DNA from: an uncultured Planctomycetia bacterium
GTDB taxonomy: Bacteria > Omnitrophota > Gorgyraeia > Duberdicusellales > 4484-171
Length of the DNA: 64,000 nucleotides
Direction: 5' to 3'
NCBI GenBank assembly: GCA_964629655.1
Contig: CAZVQU010000002.1
Span: forward strand, 396,878 to 460,877
A model generated the notes under the pieces. That model saw nothing but the letters and a program-made list of their open reading frames with translations, did no database searches and had not been told where the DNA came from. This document shows, piece by piece, positions 10,101 to 25,100 of this stretch. Position 1 is the stretch's first letter; each line of letters opens with the position of its first letter. The position numbers and the translations under genes were made by a program.

Positions 10101-13100
10101 CAACCCCTCGGAATCGGTCCCTCTTTGAACCCCATCTATGTATAACGTCCTAGTGGCACCGTCTACTACAGCTACTAAGTGATGCCAATTATCATCATTG
10201 TACCCAGCACCAAGTTTATGTGTCAGCCATGTGTGGCTGCCGCCGGCAGGAGGAGATGTTAAAAATCCTAAATAGCCAAGATCATCGTTATTGCCAGCGT
10301 CAGCATTTATGACTAAGCTCAACAGAGTTTCTGGTGCGGCAGCTCTTTTTAAGCTGAGTACGTACCTACTTACAGCAGATGTATATTTTAACCACATAGA
10401 AACCGTTATAGTCTGTAAATTATCTCCTATAAGATCATTTGTGGAGCCTAAGTCTACATAATCATTCACACCATCAAAAATTAAAGCCGAAGGTGTACCA
10501 CTAATGGTTCCATCGTTCCCCTGACCGGAAGAGTCAGCTGCAGTTAGGCCAGAGGCATCATTAAACAGCCATTCTCCTACCATGCCGCTGGTAGAAAGAG
10601 TACCTTCAGGGTATTTGGTCATAGCATCGTCATAGCTTGAACCACTAGTTGCTGTGGAATTATCATAATACATAAAGACATAGCTGGTTCCGGCAGGAAC
10701 CTCGGGTACCTTAACCCAGATCTCTGTATCAGTGGTATCAATGGTATTCGGAACAAGATAGTAGGAACAGAGATTTGCGGTATCATCCTTAAATCGAATA
10801 TCATCACCGTCAGCTTGCATCTTTCCGGCAGCGATTAAAGCTTCGGTATCCAGGGTAAGCTTAAACTGATAGTTATAAGCCATATTACCGGTATTGGTAA
10901 TAGTAACCTTCTTGCCATAACCATATCCTGGCACAAGACCGGTAGTAGGGATAACTCCATCATATATAGTATGAGTATCACTGGCGAATCCATCCTTAGA
11001 ATACTCTAATAATAAATCATTGCTTACTTTTCCTTCCAATGTCCAGGTAATCTGTTCTTCGTCGCTATAGACCCAGACCTCGTCGCCATTAGGCGCAACA
11101 AGAGTAACCGTAGGCGCAGTAATAGAAAATGGATCTGATACGACCTGCCGTACAGTATTGGTATCTCTATTTGCCGGAACAGCTGACTCCACTATCTTGA
11201 CTTTGGCTTGCGCAGTTTGACTATCAGGGGTTAGCCAGCTATATGTACCGTTATTTGTTACATCCGCCTCTACCAGAGTCCATGTTGAGCCGTTATCCGA
11301 AGAATAAGAAATATCCACTGTGTCATAGAGCCTACCGGTCCTATCCCAGGTAATATCGTAAGTATAACCGATCTTACGCTCATCTCCGGACTCTGGAGAA
11401 GTAATCTCCATAATCGGAATGGCGGCAATTGCAAAGTTGGCATCTGAAATATCATAATATTCGATTCCTGCTTCTATTGCCGAAAGGCTGTAGACTTTTA
11501 TCCTTGCTGTAGTAGAAATATCCGAAGATAACTCGAAGCGATGGTTATATGTTTTTGATGCTGTCTGGCCAGTATCAATAGAGTCCCAATTGTCGCCATC
11601 CCAAGGTTCCTCGTCAACAGTAGTATATTTAACTATAATGTCGTCTGAAACTGACTCATCAGATGCCCAGATAATATTATGACTTGTCCAAAGCTCCCAT
11701 TCATCACCGCCATTAGGCTCACTCAAGGTAAGCGGAGAGGCAACTGTAATGGTATTAGAGGTTACATCGTAAGTGCTATCATCAGCATTAATGGTCAGGG
11801 TTTCTACCGTGTTACTCTTAAGATAGACCGTGGCCTGGCCATCGGCTAGGGTATAAGTAGTGGTTTCAGTAACATAAGTATCATCGGTATAGAAAGTGGC
11901 ATTACCGGTATCAGTTAAAGTAAGCTCGGTGCTTGAGTCAGCAGTAACCACGTGATCCATCTCATCATAGGCAGTAACTGTCTCTGACCAACCGACAGCT
12001 ACTTTCTGGGGAGTGGTAGTGGTAATCGTATAATAAGTTATCGGCCTAGCCAGAATACTAAAGTTATTGTTAGAAGGATCATTAAATATCCGGTCAGCCT
12101 CAACACTATCGGTAAAGCTGAACTTTACTTCATTCAAAGTTGGCGTATAACCTCTATTTCCGGTGCCAAGATAGGCCTTATATTTAAGGTAGCGCTTGCT
12201 ATCTAAAGAAACCGGCATGTCTGTACCTGAGGTAGTAAAATAATCAGTGATTGTACCCTCAGCCCCAATAAAGTTATCCCAGCTTGAACCATCATCGCTG
12301 CCGGCAAGTTGGAATTTAACTTCTTGCCCCGTATACAATAAGAGTATTTCATCAGCAGTCAGGGCACGATCGAAGACAGCAACTTCGTCGATGATACCGT
12401 CGAAATATTCATCTACATCTTGTGTTCCTCGCATTGTGCTTTGATAAAAACCTGCGCCCTTGTCACCATCATGTCCAATTACATTACCTGCACCACCAGT
12501 ATTCCAAGTATATGCCCCTGGATTTGTAGCCACTTCAACACCGTTAATATAAAGTGTCATATCCGACGATGATTTTGAACCGGTTAAATGTACCCATTCT
12601 CCTGGTGTAAGTGCTGATGGCGAAGTAACAGACTCAGAGGTACTTCCTTCTCTTGTTACAAACATGACAGTTCCGTCATTCTTTATGCCTAATACTGCAC
12701 CATTCGAGGCACCTCCAAGTTGATAAATTGCCTGCCAGCTATCCACACTGTCTGGCTTAACCCATGCGGTAATTGAAATGGTTTCTTGGTCGGTAGATTG
12801 AGTAAAGAATCCAGAAGAATACCCGATGTCAACATAATCATCGGTGCCATCAAAGCTCAAGGCCCCACTACCTACTCTGTAATCTGAAGTTTCCCATGTT
12901 GCTCCGGTTATTCCACCATCGTCAGTTCCTTTGCTATCCCCGGCTACCGCTCCACCACCTTCGTCAAGATGCCACAACGATACTAAACCACTCATATCTG
13001 TAGAAATTAGGCCTCCTGCTCCTTCTGACTCGGCCGGAATAGTGGCATTCCAATCTAATGTTCCATATTCTTCGGTACCGAGGGTATCAATTGCCCGGGA

Positions 13101-16100
13101 GGTAAAGGTACCTGAAGAAGAATAAACATCTGATTCTACTCCACTACCACTATTGTAAAGTGTTTGGATTTCTGCCAAAGACAAGGCACGGTTATATATA
13201 AGAACCTCATCGATAGAGCCGGTAAAGTATTCCACGAGAGCGTCATCAGACTGCCTCTTTCCAACTCCCATTGTAACCGCCCGAGTGGTATCACTAGTAT
13301 CAGCACTGTATGCAGATATGTCTGTCGCTGAAGCTACAGCTACTGCATCGAGATAGCCCTGTAATTCATCAGATGCCCGATCTACCACTAAGGCATACTG
13401 ATGCCACCCAGTATCGTAATTATCCCCGAGCTTTTTATTCATAACTTCGGTTCCGCCTAGACCTACAATATACCAAATCTCTCCGCTTGACCTTGGCGAA
13501 ATTCCCCAACCATAAGCACCGCTCCCTACGCAATCTCCTTTATTCACAATTCTTCCTGTTGTTTGTGCACTGCTTTTTGCCCATGCCACAACTGTAAAAC
13601 TGCCAGTACCAAAATCCAAACTCGCACCATTTCCAGAATCCACATAATCATTCCCATCAAAACTTAAAGCCGCAGCACCAAGCTTTTCACTAGCTGTATT
13701 CCAGGTGGCTCCAGTGATTGTCCCGTTATTACTCCCAGAGCTATCGGCCGCTGCTGTGCCAGTGCCCTCATTAAAATGCCAAGCACTAACTAAACCTATA
13801 GACACTCCACCAGCATCACCCAACGTCACCCCAGCATCATTACCTGTCCCAGAAACCTCCGTATCAGAATGGGTACCAAGGCCAAACTGGTCAGCACTGG
13901 TATCAATTAATTCCTGATAAAAAGTATCCTGAACCTTTACCTTGGCTGTAGCTGAAGGATCATAGGGCACTGTCCAGGTATAAGAAGTATTTATATCTTC
14001 ACTACCTAAAACACTGGTTACCTCGGCCGGATCAGGAGGTGTAATCACAGAGCTGTCTGAACTCACCGAATCATTTCCGTAATGCATATAGATAGTAGTG
14101 TCTCCAGTTGGTATCGTGGCCAGCTCAACCCAGACGCTGGTAGAATCGGTATCAATCCCGGACTGGAGCCAGTAAGAAAGCTCTTCGCTTGAGACATTAG
14201 TAAAACGAATATCATCGCCGTCAGCCTGCATCTTACCGGCAGCGATTAAAGCTTCGGTATCAAGAGTAATCTGCACTCCGTAGTCATTAAACACCTGACC
14301 GGCTGCATTAGTCAAGGTAGCCGGACGACGATAACTAAATGTGCCATCGGTAAGCGCATAATCTACACCGTAGTGGTCAATAGCAGTAGCTATAGTATTA
14401 GGATAAGTTGCGCCGCTGTCGGTTGAATAATACAAAGCCAAAAGATTAGAAATAGGCCCGCTATAATCCCAGGTAATACTATATTCTTGTTCAGTATCCA
14501 ACTCAATGGCTGCATCAGAAGGAGTAAGCAGGGTTAAGGTCGGAAGAACCATACTGAATACAGCATCGGAAACATCAAAGATTCCGGTGTCATAACTGTC
14601 TTCTACTCTTACCTTGGCTTCATCAATAATATGTCTGGGCACTGTCCAATCAGCATAAGGACTAGAATTAGCTATTGAATCAGCAATAAGTATTTTCTGC
14701 CAGCTGCCGTCACCGGTTGCTGAACCGACAACTAATGTCGGCTCAGGATCAGCCCGGCCAGATGCAATATCAAGAGTGGCAGTTTCTCGATGGGCATCAA
14801 CACTGCCATAATATAGGTAAATGGTAGTCTCAGCAGCTGAACCCGGCAGACTATCGGCCTCAAACCAGATATCAGTAGTAGCGGTGTTAATACCCGAAGC
14901 AATCCAGTAATTAAGTTTTGCGCTAGCGGCATTAGTAAACCGAATATCAGCTCCGTCTTCCTGCATCTTGCCGGCGTTGATTAAAGTCAAGGTATCAAAA
15001 TCATCTACCATAACTGTATAGTCAGTTAAAGTGCTACCGTTGTTAGTAACAGTAATAGGCACACGATATTGCAAAGAATCCGAGCCTACAGTATAAGGAT
15101 CTTCTGAACCGTCATCTATATCAAGATAATGCAGGTTGACATTGGGAATAACGCCGGTAGTGGTAAAGGTAATGTCGTGGTCGCTACTAACAGTCCACTC
15201 TTCTGTTCCATCAGGCGAAGTCATAGTTAAAATAGAAGGAAGAATAGTAAAGTTAGCATTAGATTCATCATAAGTACCGGAGTCGTTAACGTCTTCTATC
15301 CTGACCTTAACCGTAGTAGAGTCAAGATAGGGTATTGTCCAGCTGTAACTATCATCGTTGGCAGTTGAAGCAATAGCAACATTTTCAAAGGTGCTGCCAT
15401 CAATAGCATATAATAGTTTTACATTAACCACCGGGCCCACATGAGTCCAGGTAATATCATGGGCTGAGCGGGTTCTCCAGCTCTCTGTGCCATTGGGGCT
15501 GACTAAAGTAAGTGTGGCTCCCACAGTAAATGAGCGCACAACTGAGGCTTTACTCCACTCAGCTGAACCGGCAGGGTCAATAGCGTAAGCTTTCCAATAA
15601 TAGGTATCATCCCTGGTTAAATTACTCTGAAGAGTATAAAAAGCATGTGTACCTGAAGAAGAGGTAGTAGCATAAGCTGTATTTGAAGCTGCATCCTGTC
15701 CTGACCATCCAGTCTGAGATGAAGTCTGGTCAAAAGTCTGCAAGCCAGTGGTAAAATCAACATCTTCGGCAAGCAATATTTTAAATTGAGCCGGAGCATC
15801 AATTCCGTGGGTAGTATAGAGCTCAAATATCGGCCTGACCGGCTCATAAGCATAAGTATCAGCAGGTAAAACAAGAGTAGGCGGTGTACAAATATAATCA
15901 ATAGATACGGTACCGTCATTACTACCGGTTGCACCGCTGCCATCATAAGCGGTCATTGTCCCAGCAAATGTTGCCGGTGAACCATCTTCAGCAGTAAGCC
16001 TAATCCTGCCGCCGCCGCCCAAGCCGCCTTCACCAGCAGCAGCACCACCCTCGGCAGTAATAATACCAGCACCATCCAAAGAACCAACAGCAGCATAAAT

Positions 16101-19100
16101 ACTACCACCAGAACCGCCGCCGCCGTCATTGGCAGCATCATCGCCATCACTTGATAAAAAACCATCTACAGTTAAAGTATTCAATATTGCTAATACCATA
16201 GCGCCGCCGCCGGCACCACCATCGTCTGAACCGCCACCGGAACCTAAGTCAACCGGAGCAGTATTTGAGCCGTAAGTAGTACCACCTGTGCCGCCATCGG
16301 TAGAGTCCTCACCAGCACCACCATAGCCGCCGCCAGCACCATAGGTCGATGAACCAGTACCGCCGGCGCCGGTACCAAGATCGTGGATACTTCCCTGGCC
16401 ATTAGCGCTAAGAGAAGCTCCGACACCATCTACACCATAGATATTAATATTATCAGCAACAATCGTACCTGAACCTGTAGTTGTTGTGGTAGTTACAAAT
16501 AAACTATCATTCATCGAATAATAAGAAGCTTTTAACCATGCCGCAGAGCGAGGAGTGCTGGAGATACGGACCTCATCGATTGCCCCCAGAAAAGGATTTT
16601 GGTCATTATTCGCTTGATTCCAATACCCGCCAATAGTTACAAGTGCGTCTGTTTGTCTGAGAGTGCCTCCGGTAGCCCTTGAGCCTACCTGACGGCCTCC
16701 GATATAACTAACAAGGGTATCGGTAGCCCCGTTATATACAGCACTCACATAGTGCCATTGATAAGTCACACTACTACGGGCAAGGCCATAGTTCTCTAAC
16801 AGATAGGCAGTACCAGTGGTATTTCTAACATCATTCCGTAACCGACCATCAGTCCTTATATCCATGAAATAAGACCAGTTAGTGTTAGCATTTGGGGCAC
16901 CTTTGGCAACTATTAATCTGTAATCGCTACTATAATTACGAACATAAATCCAGGCTTCCAAAGTGTATTGGTCTCCGACTAAATCCAGACTAGCACTATC
17001 AGGAATGACTATAGCATCACCTGATCCGTCAAAGTCTAAACAATCGCCAATTTTACCGGATATCAAGCCTTTACCGCTGGAAGTCATTAAACCCCTGGCA
17101 GTACCATCATTGTCATTATCGGTAGAATCAATTATTTGTGAGCTGGTTGGGTCTTGATTCATATGCTGAACCATCACATAATTTGCATCATCCCATACAC
17201 CAGTAATATTCTGCTGGTCGCCAGCTGCCGCATTCTCGTAATACATATAAAAGACAGTATCGACACTACTACTTATCGAAGGAATCTCTACGTGGGCAAT
17301 CAACAGCTCATTTCCGGCAGTATCGATATATTTTTCTATCTCATGGTCTAGCTTGGTCTCACCGTCTGATGCCGTAAATAAGATATCATAACCGGTTGAA
17401 AGGGCGGCACCAAAGACGCTAGAGTTAGAAGAATCAAGCCTAACTAAGACCGGAAAGTCAGCTAAAGTCTCATCAATTAAATCACTATTAATAATGAATT
17501 TCTGCGAAGATAGCCAATCGACGTCATACCAGGCCGGAGGGACAGCATCGGCTAAGTCCAGAGATGCACTTCCCTTGATTAAAATCTGAGCAATATCATA
17601 ATTTGCATTCTCTGTGCCGATATTGACATCACCCTCAACACTTAAGGTATAACCACCTGGTATGCCTAATCTAGCATCATTAGCTACATTAACTACATCA
17701 AAGTTAATAGTCGAAGAGGAACTGTCAAAATTATCCTCGGGTAGATGAGTAGTAACATTGACATTAGTAAGCAAATCATTGTTCTTGATTCGCAGCTCAC
17801 CATAAAGATTGCTATCATCAGTATCATCTAAAAAGATAGTGCCGGCTGCACCATATTCGGCACCATATCCCCATCCACCAAGGCTATTAATACCTCCTGT
17901 GGAAGTATTCTCAGCATAATAAATAGCAATCCTTCCACCGGAACCGCCGCCGCCGTCATTGGTTTGATCATTTCCGCCATTTCCGCCATTAGTTGAAATA
18001 GTACCTGATCCGGTTATGGTGTCAGCTATAAGATAAATACTTCCGCCCGAGCCTCCACCAGCACCATACTGGGAACTTGTGCCTCCGTCAGTTTCTCCAG
18101 CTGATGCATTAGCCGTAATGTTGCCACCAACACTTAAGGTACCACCAGCAGTTAGTTTTACTACTCCACCACCTGTGCCTCCGTATCGGTCATTATAATA
18201 AGTACCTCCGCCTCCTGAACCTAGATCAACCGGCTCAGTAATCGAACCATAGACGTTACCTGCAAGACTATTGTAGGAATCGCCTCCCTTACCGCCATGG
18301 CTTGCTCCGCCACCACAGACAGCCCGGGTACCATCATTACCAGCTCCACCACCGGGGCCGTTACCAGTTCCGGGAACTCCCAAGCCGCCGCGATACCCCC
18401 TGTTATCGACATTAATATATCCACCGACGGGTATGGTAATACCTCCGGTTGTTTTCAAAATCAAAGAGTAGACATGCTCAGCATACTGTGAGTAATGACT
18501 TAAGGTTGCTCCGGCGCTAATGCTGACAGAAGAAAAGGTCGGATCAGTAGTAACATCTTTGTGAATATTCCAGTAACATGTGCTTGATGTAATAGCAAGC
18601 GCGGCTGATGATGTAGCCAAGGTAGCAGCTTTTTCCTGGATATATCTACCTCCAGCATCTAAGGTAAAAGTAGTATCCACTGTTAAAGATCCGGCATTAT
18701 TATCTAATACCCCGTTATTATCAATAGTAAGGTTAGTTGAAGTTAGAGTATCTCCTGCGGAAAGCCTAAGCTTGGCCTTTTTATCAATAGTAATATCATC
18801 AAAGGTATAAGTTCCATCTACTAAATGAGTATCTACATCGGAATTCCAATCGTTATTGCCAATGATTAACTCCCCATTGGTCTGAGCCGGCGTCTTCTTG
18901 TAGACTGTGCCGGCAGCTCCATAATATGTTTTATATCCCCGTCCGCCATAAGAATTAAAGGCTATGCTAGAATTATCAGTAGTATAGTAGATAGCAACTC
19001 TTCCGCCGGAACCGCCGCCACCCCACTGGGTGTCAACTGCACCATCGCCACCATTAGCTGAGATATTACCTGTTCCCTCTAAGGTAGGAGCGATAATATA

Positions 19101-22100
19101 AACACTTCCGCCGGAACCGGCGCCTGAAGAAAACCAAGTAGGATTTCCTCCATTAGCAACTCCGTTTCCTCCAGTGGCTGTAATGTCACCATTAACCGTT
19201 AATGTCCCGCCGACAGTTAGTTTTAGTGCTCCACCGCCTGCACCGCCGGCTCGGCTAGTACTATAAGTACCTCCGCCGGATGAACCTAAATCAACCGGGA
19301 CAGTAATTGAACCATAAACAACATTTCCTACTCCGTAGCTACCGCTACCCATTGCGCCATAGCCGCCATAGCTTGCTCCGGAAGCAGATGCATACTGATT
19401 GCTATCCGTGCCTCTTCCACCACCTGACCCATTGCCGTCTCCGGCAGCAACTCCTGAATAGCCATCCCCATTGACAGCAATAGTTCCTGCTGCGTCCACA
19501 GTTACATCTCCGGTAGCCTCTAAAATTAAAGAATAGGTATGGGTATCAGTATTAGCAGAATGTTTTAGGGTTGCTGCTGATGGAATAGTAATCGCTGAAA
19601 AAACTGGTTCAGAAGAAATATCCTCAGGAACATCAAAATATCCTATACCCGATGAAACAGTAAGTGTCGCTGCTGACACATCCAAAGTAGAGCTGGCACC
19701 ATGGATATATCTACCATCATCAGCTAAGGTGAAAGTATTACCGACAGTTATCGAACCGCCACTATGGTCTAAGACAGCATCTTCTTTTACGGTCAGATTA
19801 TCAAAAACAATAGTTCCGGTTGCATAAGGGGTATACAGTCCGACATTGTTATTGTTGTCCATAGTTAAATCGCCATTAGTCTGGCCGTCATCTTTTTCAT
19901 AGATTGTGCCGGCTCCGGCTCTTTCTCCGGTAGTATAGCCTGAACCGCCAGCAGCACTGAGAGTCCCAGCAAAGGTATTCTCGGTAGAATAAATAGCAAT
20001 TCTTCCGCCTCCTCCGCCACCGCCATCCCAGGTGTCATCGGCAGCATTACCACCATTAGCAGAGATAGTGCCTGATCCGGTTATAGTGTCTGCATCTATC
20101 CAGATACTTCCGCCTGAACCGCCGCCTCCGGTATAAAGACTAGCGTTGCCTCCGTCTCTGATTCCAGCTCCTCCGTTAGCAGTTATAGAACCGGCAACTG
20201 TTAAGGTGCCGGTAACAGTCAACTTAACGGCCCCGCCGCCGTCTCCTCCGTATCGATCATTAAGAACAGTACCGCCGCCTCCTGAACCTAAATCTTCAGG
20301 TTCTTTAATAGAGCCATATATACTTCCTCCTGACAACTCATTAGCCTCAGCATTATAACCATCGCCACCGGGGCCGCCATAGCCACCGCCGGAACCACTT
20401 ACGATGGTAAGGCCACCGTTACCACCACCGCCACCTGCGCCGCCATCGCCTCCTTCACCGGTCCCGGGATTGCCAATACCACCAGCAAAACCTTGGGCGT
20501 TAACGTTAATTGCACCGGTGATCAAAGCATCACCGCTTACAGTAATGTCGAGCCAATAAACCTTGGTATCATCATTAGGTGCATGCCCTAAGGAACCACC
20601 GGCTTCAATCTCAAGATAGTCAGTAGTTAAGGCTCCGTTGTAGTTACTGGCATTTTTTACAACAAATTTATCAAAGTCAGCGACTATAGCATCCATTGCT
20701 GCAGCTTGAGTATAAGTGCTATCTGTTCCTCCTGAATCAAGGATTAATTCTCCAACAGTCTGACCATCAGTATCCTTTTTAAAAATCGTACCTACGCCAC
20801 CCCTTTGACCAGTAAGATATCCTGTTCCGCCACCAGCGCTCAAGGCCCCTGTGTGGGTATCAGCAGTAGTATAATAAATAGCAATTCTTCCGCCTCCTCC
20901 GCCACCGCCATCCCAGGTGTCATCCTGAACTCTACCGCCGTTAGCAGTGATGTCACCTGCTCCGGTTATGGTGTCAGCTGTAAGATAAATACTTCCACCG
21001 GAACCGCCGCCACCGGCATACCAGCTACTTGTTCCTCCATTGTAATACCCATTTCCTCCATTGGCAGTAATGTTACCGGTAACAGTTAAGGTATCGGTTA
21101 CGGTTAGCTTTACTGCCCCGCCGCCGGAACCTCCATATCCAGTACCGGAAGGAGTTGCCCCGCCGCCTGAGCCTAAATCAATAGGTGCGGTATAAGAACC
21201 GTATGTAGAAAGTGACGCGATCGCATTACCATAGCCCCGGCCACCATAACCGCCATAATTTCCTCCACAAGCAGATACGTTAACATTGCCATTAGAACCT
21301 CTTCCACCACCATCACCGACGCCGTGGCCAGGAGTACCTACGGGAGCACCAGAAAAGCCCTGTTCATTAACATCAATATCACCGGTAATTACAGCATCGT
21401 CGGTAACAACAATCTCAAGCGAATAAGCCTTGGCTACCTGGCTAACCTGATGCATCTGATGACCAAAGATAGCACCGGCCTGGACATCCAAATCGGCAGT
21501 GGTCAAAAGTCCATTATAGTTGGTAGCCTGTCGCACAATTACATTATCAAAGGATCCAGCCACAGTACCGGTAGCAGCAGCTAATTGATAAGTACTATCT
21601 ACTCCTCCGCCTTGCAGAATTAACTCGCCATCAGTATGGGATGGGCCTTTTTTATAGATTGTACCTGTGCCTCCTCGCTGAGCATTATCAGTTCCTGCTC
21701 CACCATAAGCAGTGGGCTCTATTGAAGAATTATCAGCAGTAGCATAATGAATAGCAATTCTTCCGCCGCCGCCGCCGCCGCCGTCATCTTCGTAATTACG
21801 TCCATCACCACCATTAGCAGTAATAACGCCATCTCCGGCTAATGTGTCGGTTTCAATCCAAATACTTCCACCGGCTCCGCCGCCTGTACCTTCAGCGTAA
21901 CCGCCTCCATTTCTGCCATTGGCGCTAATCGCACCAGTAACAGTTAATGTGTCAGTTACGATAAGTTTTAATTCTCCGCCGCCTGAACCTGTAGAGAGTT
22001 GACCAGAGTTCCATCTATATTCACTGCACCCGCCACCTGAACCTAAATTAGCCGGCTGGATAGCAGAACCGTAAGTACTGCCTCCTGCTACTGAGCTGCT

Positions 22101-25100
22101 CTCGTTACCCCTGCCACCGATGCCGCCATAGCCACCGCCTGAGCCACCTTTGGTTTGAGTGCTATCCCACTCACCAGAGCCGCCGCCGGGTCCAATACCA
22201 GTACCGGGATTTCCAGTACCATGACTGAAACCCTGATAACTAACATTAAGTTCACCGGTAATTACAGCATCATCAGTAACAGTAATCTCCAGTCTGTAGG
22301 TTTCGGTATCCTCACTTAGCTGATGCATTTGATGGCCAAGGACTGCGTCTGCCTGAATATCTAAATCCACAGTATTCAGAGTTCCGTTGTAGTTGGCAGA
22401 ATTTTTCACAATCACATTATCAAAAGCCTGATCAGTATTTTGCACTCCGCCAGCCTGATTATATACAATGCTGCCTGTTCCTTCACCATATAAAGTCAAA
22501 TCTCCGTTAGTCTGGCCATCAGTATCTTTTTCAAAAATTGTACCTACGCTTCCCGTTTGGGCAGTGTTTCCTCCAGAACCGCCATAAGCAGTGGGAACTA
22601 TTGAAGAATTATCAGTAGCATAATAAATAGCAATTCTTCCGCCAGAACCGCCGCCGCCATCCTGATTAGTATCAAACCCATCACCACCATTAGCAGAAAT
22701 GACACCATCTCCGTCTAATATATCGGTTATAATCCAAATACTCCCGCCGGAACCGCCGCCAGTACCTTCATCATTACCGCCTCCGTCTCCACCGTTAGAA
22801 GTAATTGAACCAGCAACAGTTAGGGTGTCAGTAACGTCCAGTTTTACTACTCCACCACCGGATCCAGGAGTATAATTCTGTCTATAAATATCTCCTCCGC
22901 CGGAACCTAAAGTAATAGGCTCGGTAACAGACCCATAAGGACTGCCTCCTAATTCTGTAGAGTTAAAATAACCCCGTCCGCCATAACCAGCATGGCCGGC
23001 GCCATTACCGCCTCTGTCATAACCTTGGGAATAAGCACCTGCTCCAGCGCCGGTACCAACACCATCTCCAGGGTCGCCAGCGCCGGCAGCAAAACCCCTA
23101 TCATTAACATTAATCTCGCCAGTAATCACTGCATCGTCATCAACCTCAACAGTAAGCCAATAGGTCTTATCAACCTCACTAGGCTGATGGAGCTGATGGC
23201 CAAAGACAGCGCCGGATTCAACATCTAAATCCACAGTAGTCAGAAGCCCGTTGTAGCTAACAGTATTTCTGACATTTACATTATCAAAGAGTTGGACAAT
23301 AGCAGTTACGCCAGGAGCCAGACTGTACGCGGCACCGTTGGCTCCACCATCTAAGATTAAATCTCCGTTAGTCTGAACACCGTCATTCTTATAGATTGTA
23401 CCTACGCCGCCTCTTTGGGCATTGGTCCCTCCAGCACCACCATAGGCAGTAAGATCTCCGTCAAAAGTATCAGTAGTATAGTAAATAGCGATTCTTCCAC
23501 CAGAACCGCCGCCGCCGTCATCCTCCCAGTCGCCCCCATCACCGCCATTAGCAGTGATGCTACCTGATCCTTCTATGGTACCAGCCACTATCCAGAGACT
23601 TCCACCTGAACCGCCGCCGCCACATTCATAGTAAGCCACTCCATTGTCTCCGTCAGCGTTAATCGAACCAGCAACAGTTAAAGTGTCAGTTACGGTGAGT
23701 TTTAATTCTCCGCCGCCTGCACCGCCATTGCCAGGGGTAGCGCTTCCTCTGTAAGTAGAGCCTCCGCCGCCTGAACCTAAATTATTTGGCGTAATAACAG
23801 AACCGTAGCCACTGCCTCCTATGCTATTCTGATCGCCTTGACCGCCAATACCACCATAACCGCCGCCAGAGCCGCCTCTGCAATAACAAGCATCATAGCC
23901 CCCATCGCCAGCACCAGTGCCTATACCGTCTCCGGGATTACCATTGCCGCCAGAAAAACCCTGGCCATAGACACCAATATCGCCAGTAATTACGGCATCA
24001 TCTGTAACGGTAATATTAAGAAAATAGGTCTCCTCAATTTCAGAGCGTTGATGAACCTGATGGCCAAGGGATCCGCTGGCCTGAACATCTAAATCCACAG
24101 TAGTCAGGGCTCCATTGTAATTAATATAATTTTTGACAATCACATTATCAAAAGTCTCACTCAACTCACCCACACCAGAAGCCCGTTTGTAAGCAATGCC
24201 TGTTCCTCCACCATCTAAGATTAAATCTCCATTAGCCTGGACACCATTGTCTTTGTAGATAGTGCCTGCACTTCCTCTTTGTGAAAGGCTTCGGCCGGAA
24301 CCGCCATAAGCACCTACCGTCCCTTCAAAACTATCAGTAGTATAATAGATGGCAATCCTTCCACCGCTTCCTCCAGCGCCATCACGATTATCATCACCTC
24401 CGGAGCCACCATCAGCCTTAATATTTCCGGTTCCAATTAATACCCCCGCATCTATCCAAAGACTTCCGCCGGAGCCGCCGCCGCCGGACATATAGCTACT
24501 GTGGCCTCCGTTGATTGAGCCATTTCCTCCACCAGCAGTAATATCACCGGTAACAGTTAAAGTACCACCAACGATAAGTTTTACTACTCCACCACCGTCT
24601 CCTCCCCAGATATTAGGAGAGCGGACTCCGCCACCACCAGAGCCTAAATCAACAGGCTCAGTCACCGAACCGTAGCTTGTGCCTCCTGCGGTTACGTTAG
24701 CAGCATAGTAACCGTTAGATATACCGCCACCGCCGCCATAACCTGCTCCACCTCCACCTTCATCGTAGTCGCCATTGCTACCGTAACCTGCTCCAGTACC
24801 AAATCCTTCACCTGTCTGATTAGCCAACGATCCATTAGTGTCGCCATAACCTCCGCGAAAACCACGACTACTAACATCGATATATGCCCCGTTGTTTATG
24901 ATCAAATCATTGGTTGTTTCCAGGATTAAAGAGTAGGTATGGCTATCGCTAGTGGTATGGTCATAATGAGTTAAGGTTGCCCCCTGTGCTATGCCTCCGG
25001 ACGAAAAAAGAGGTTCGGTTCCAACATCTTTTGAAATGTCCCAGTAGGTTATACCTGAGGTAGCATTAAGGGTAGCTGACGAGCCATCAAAGGTAGCATC

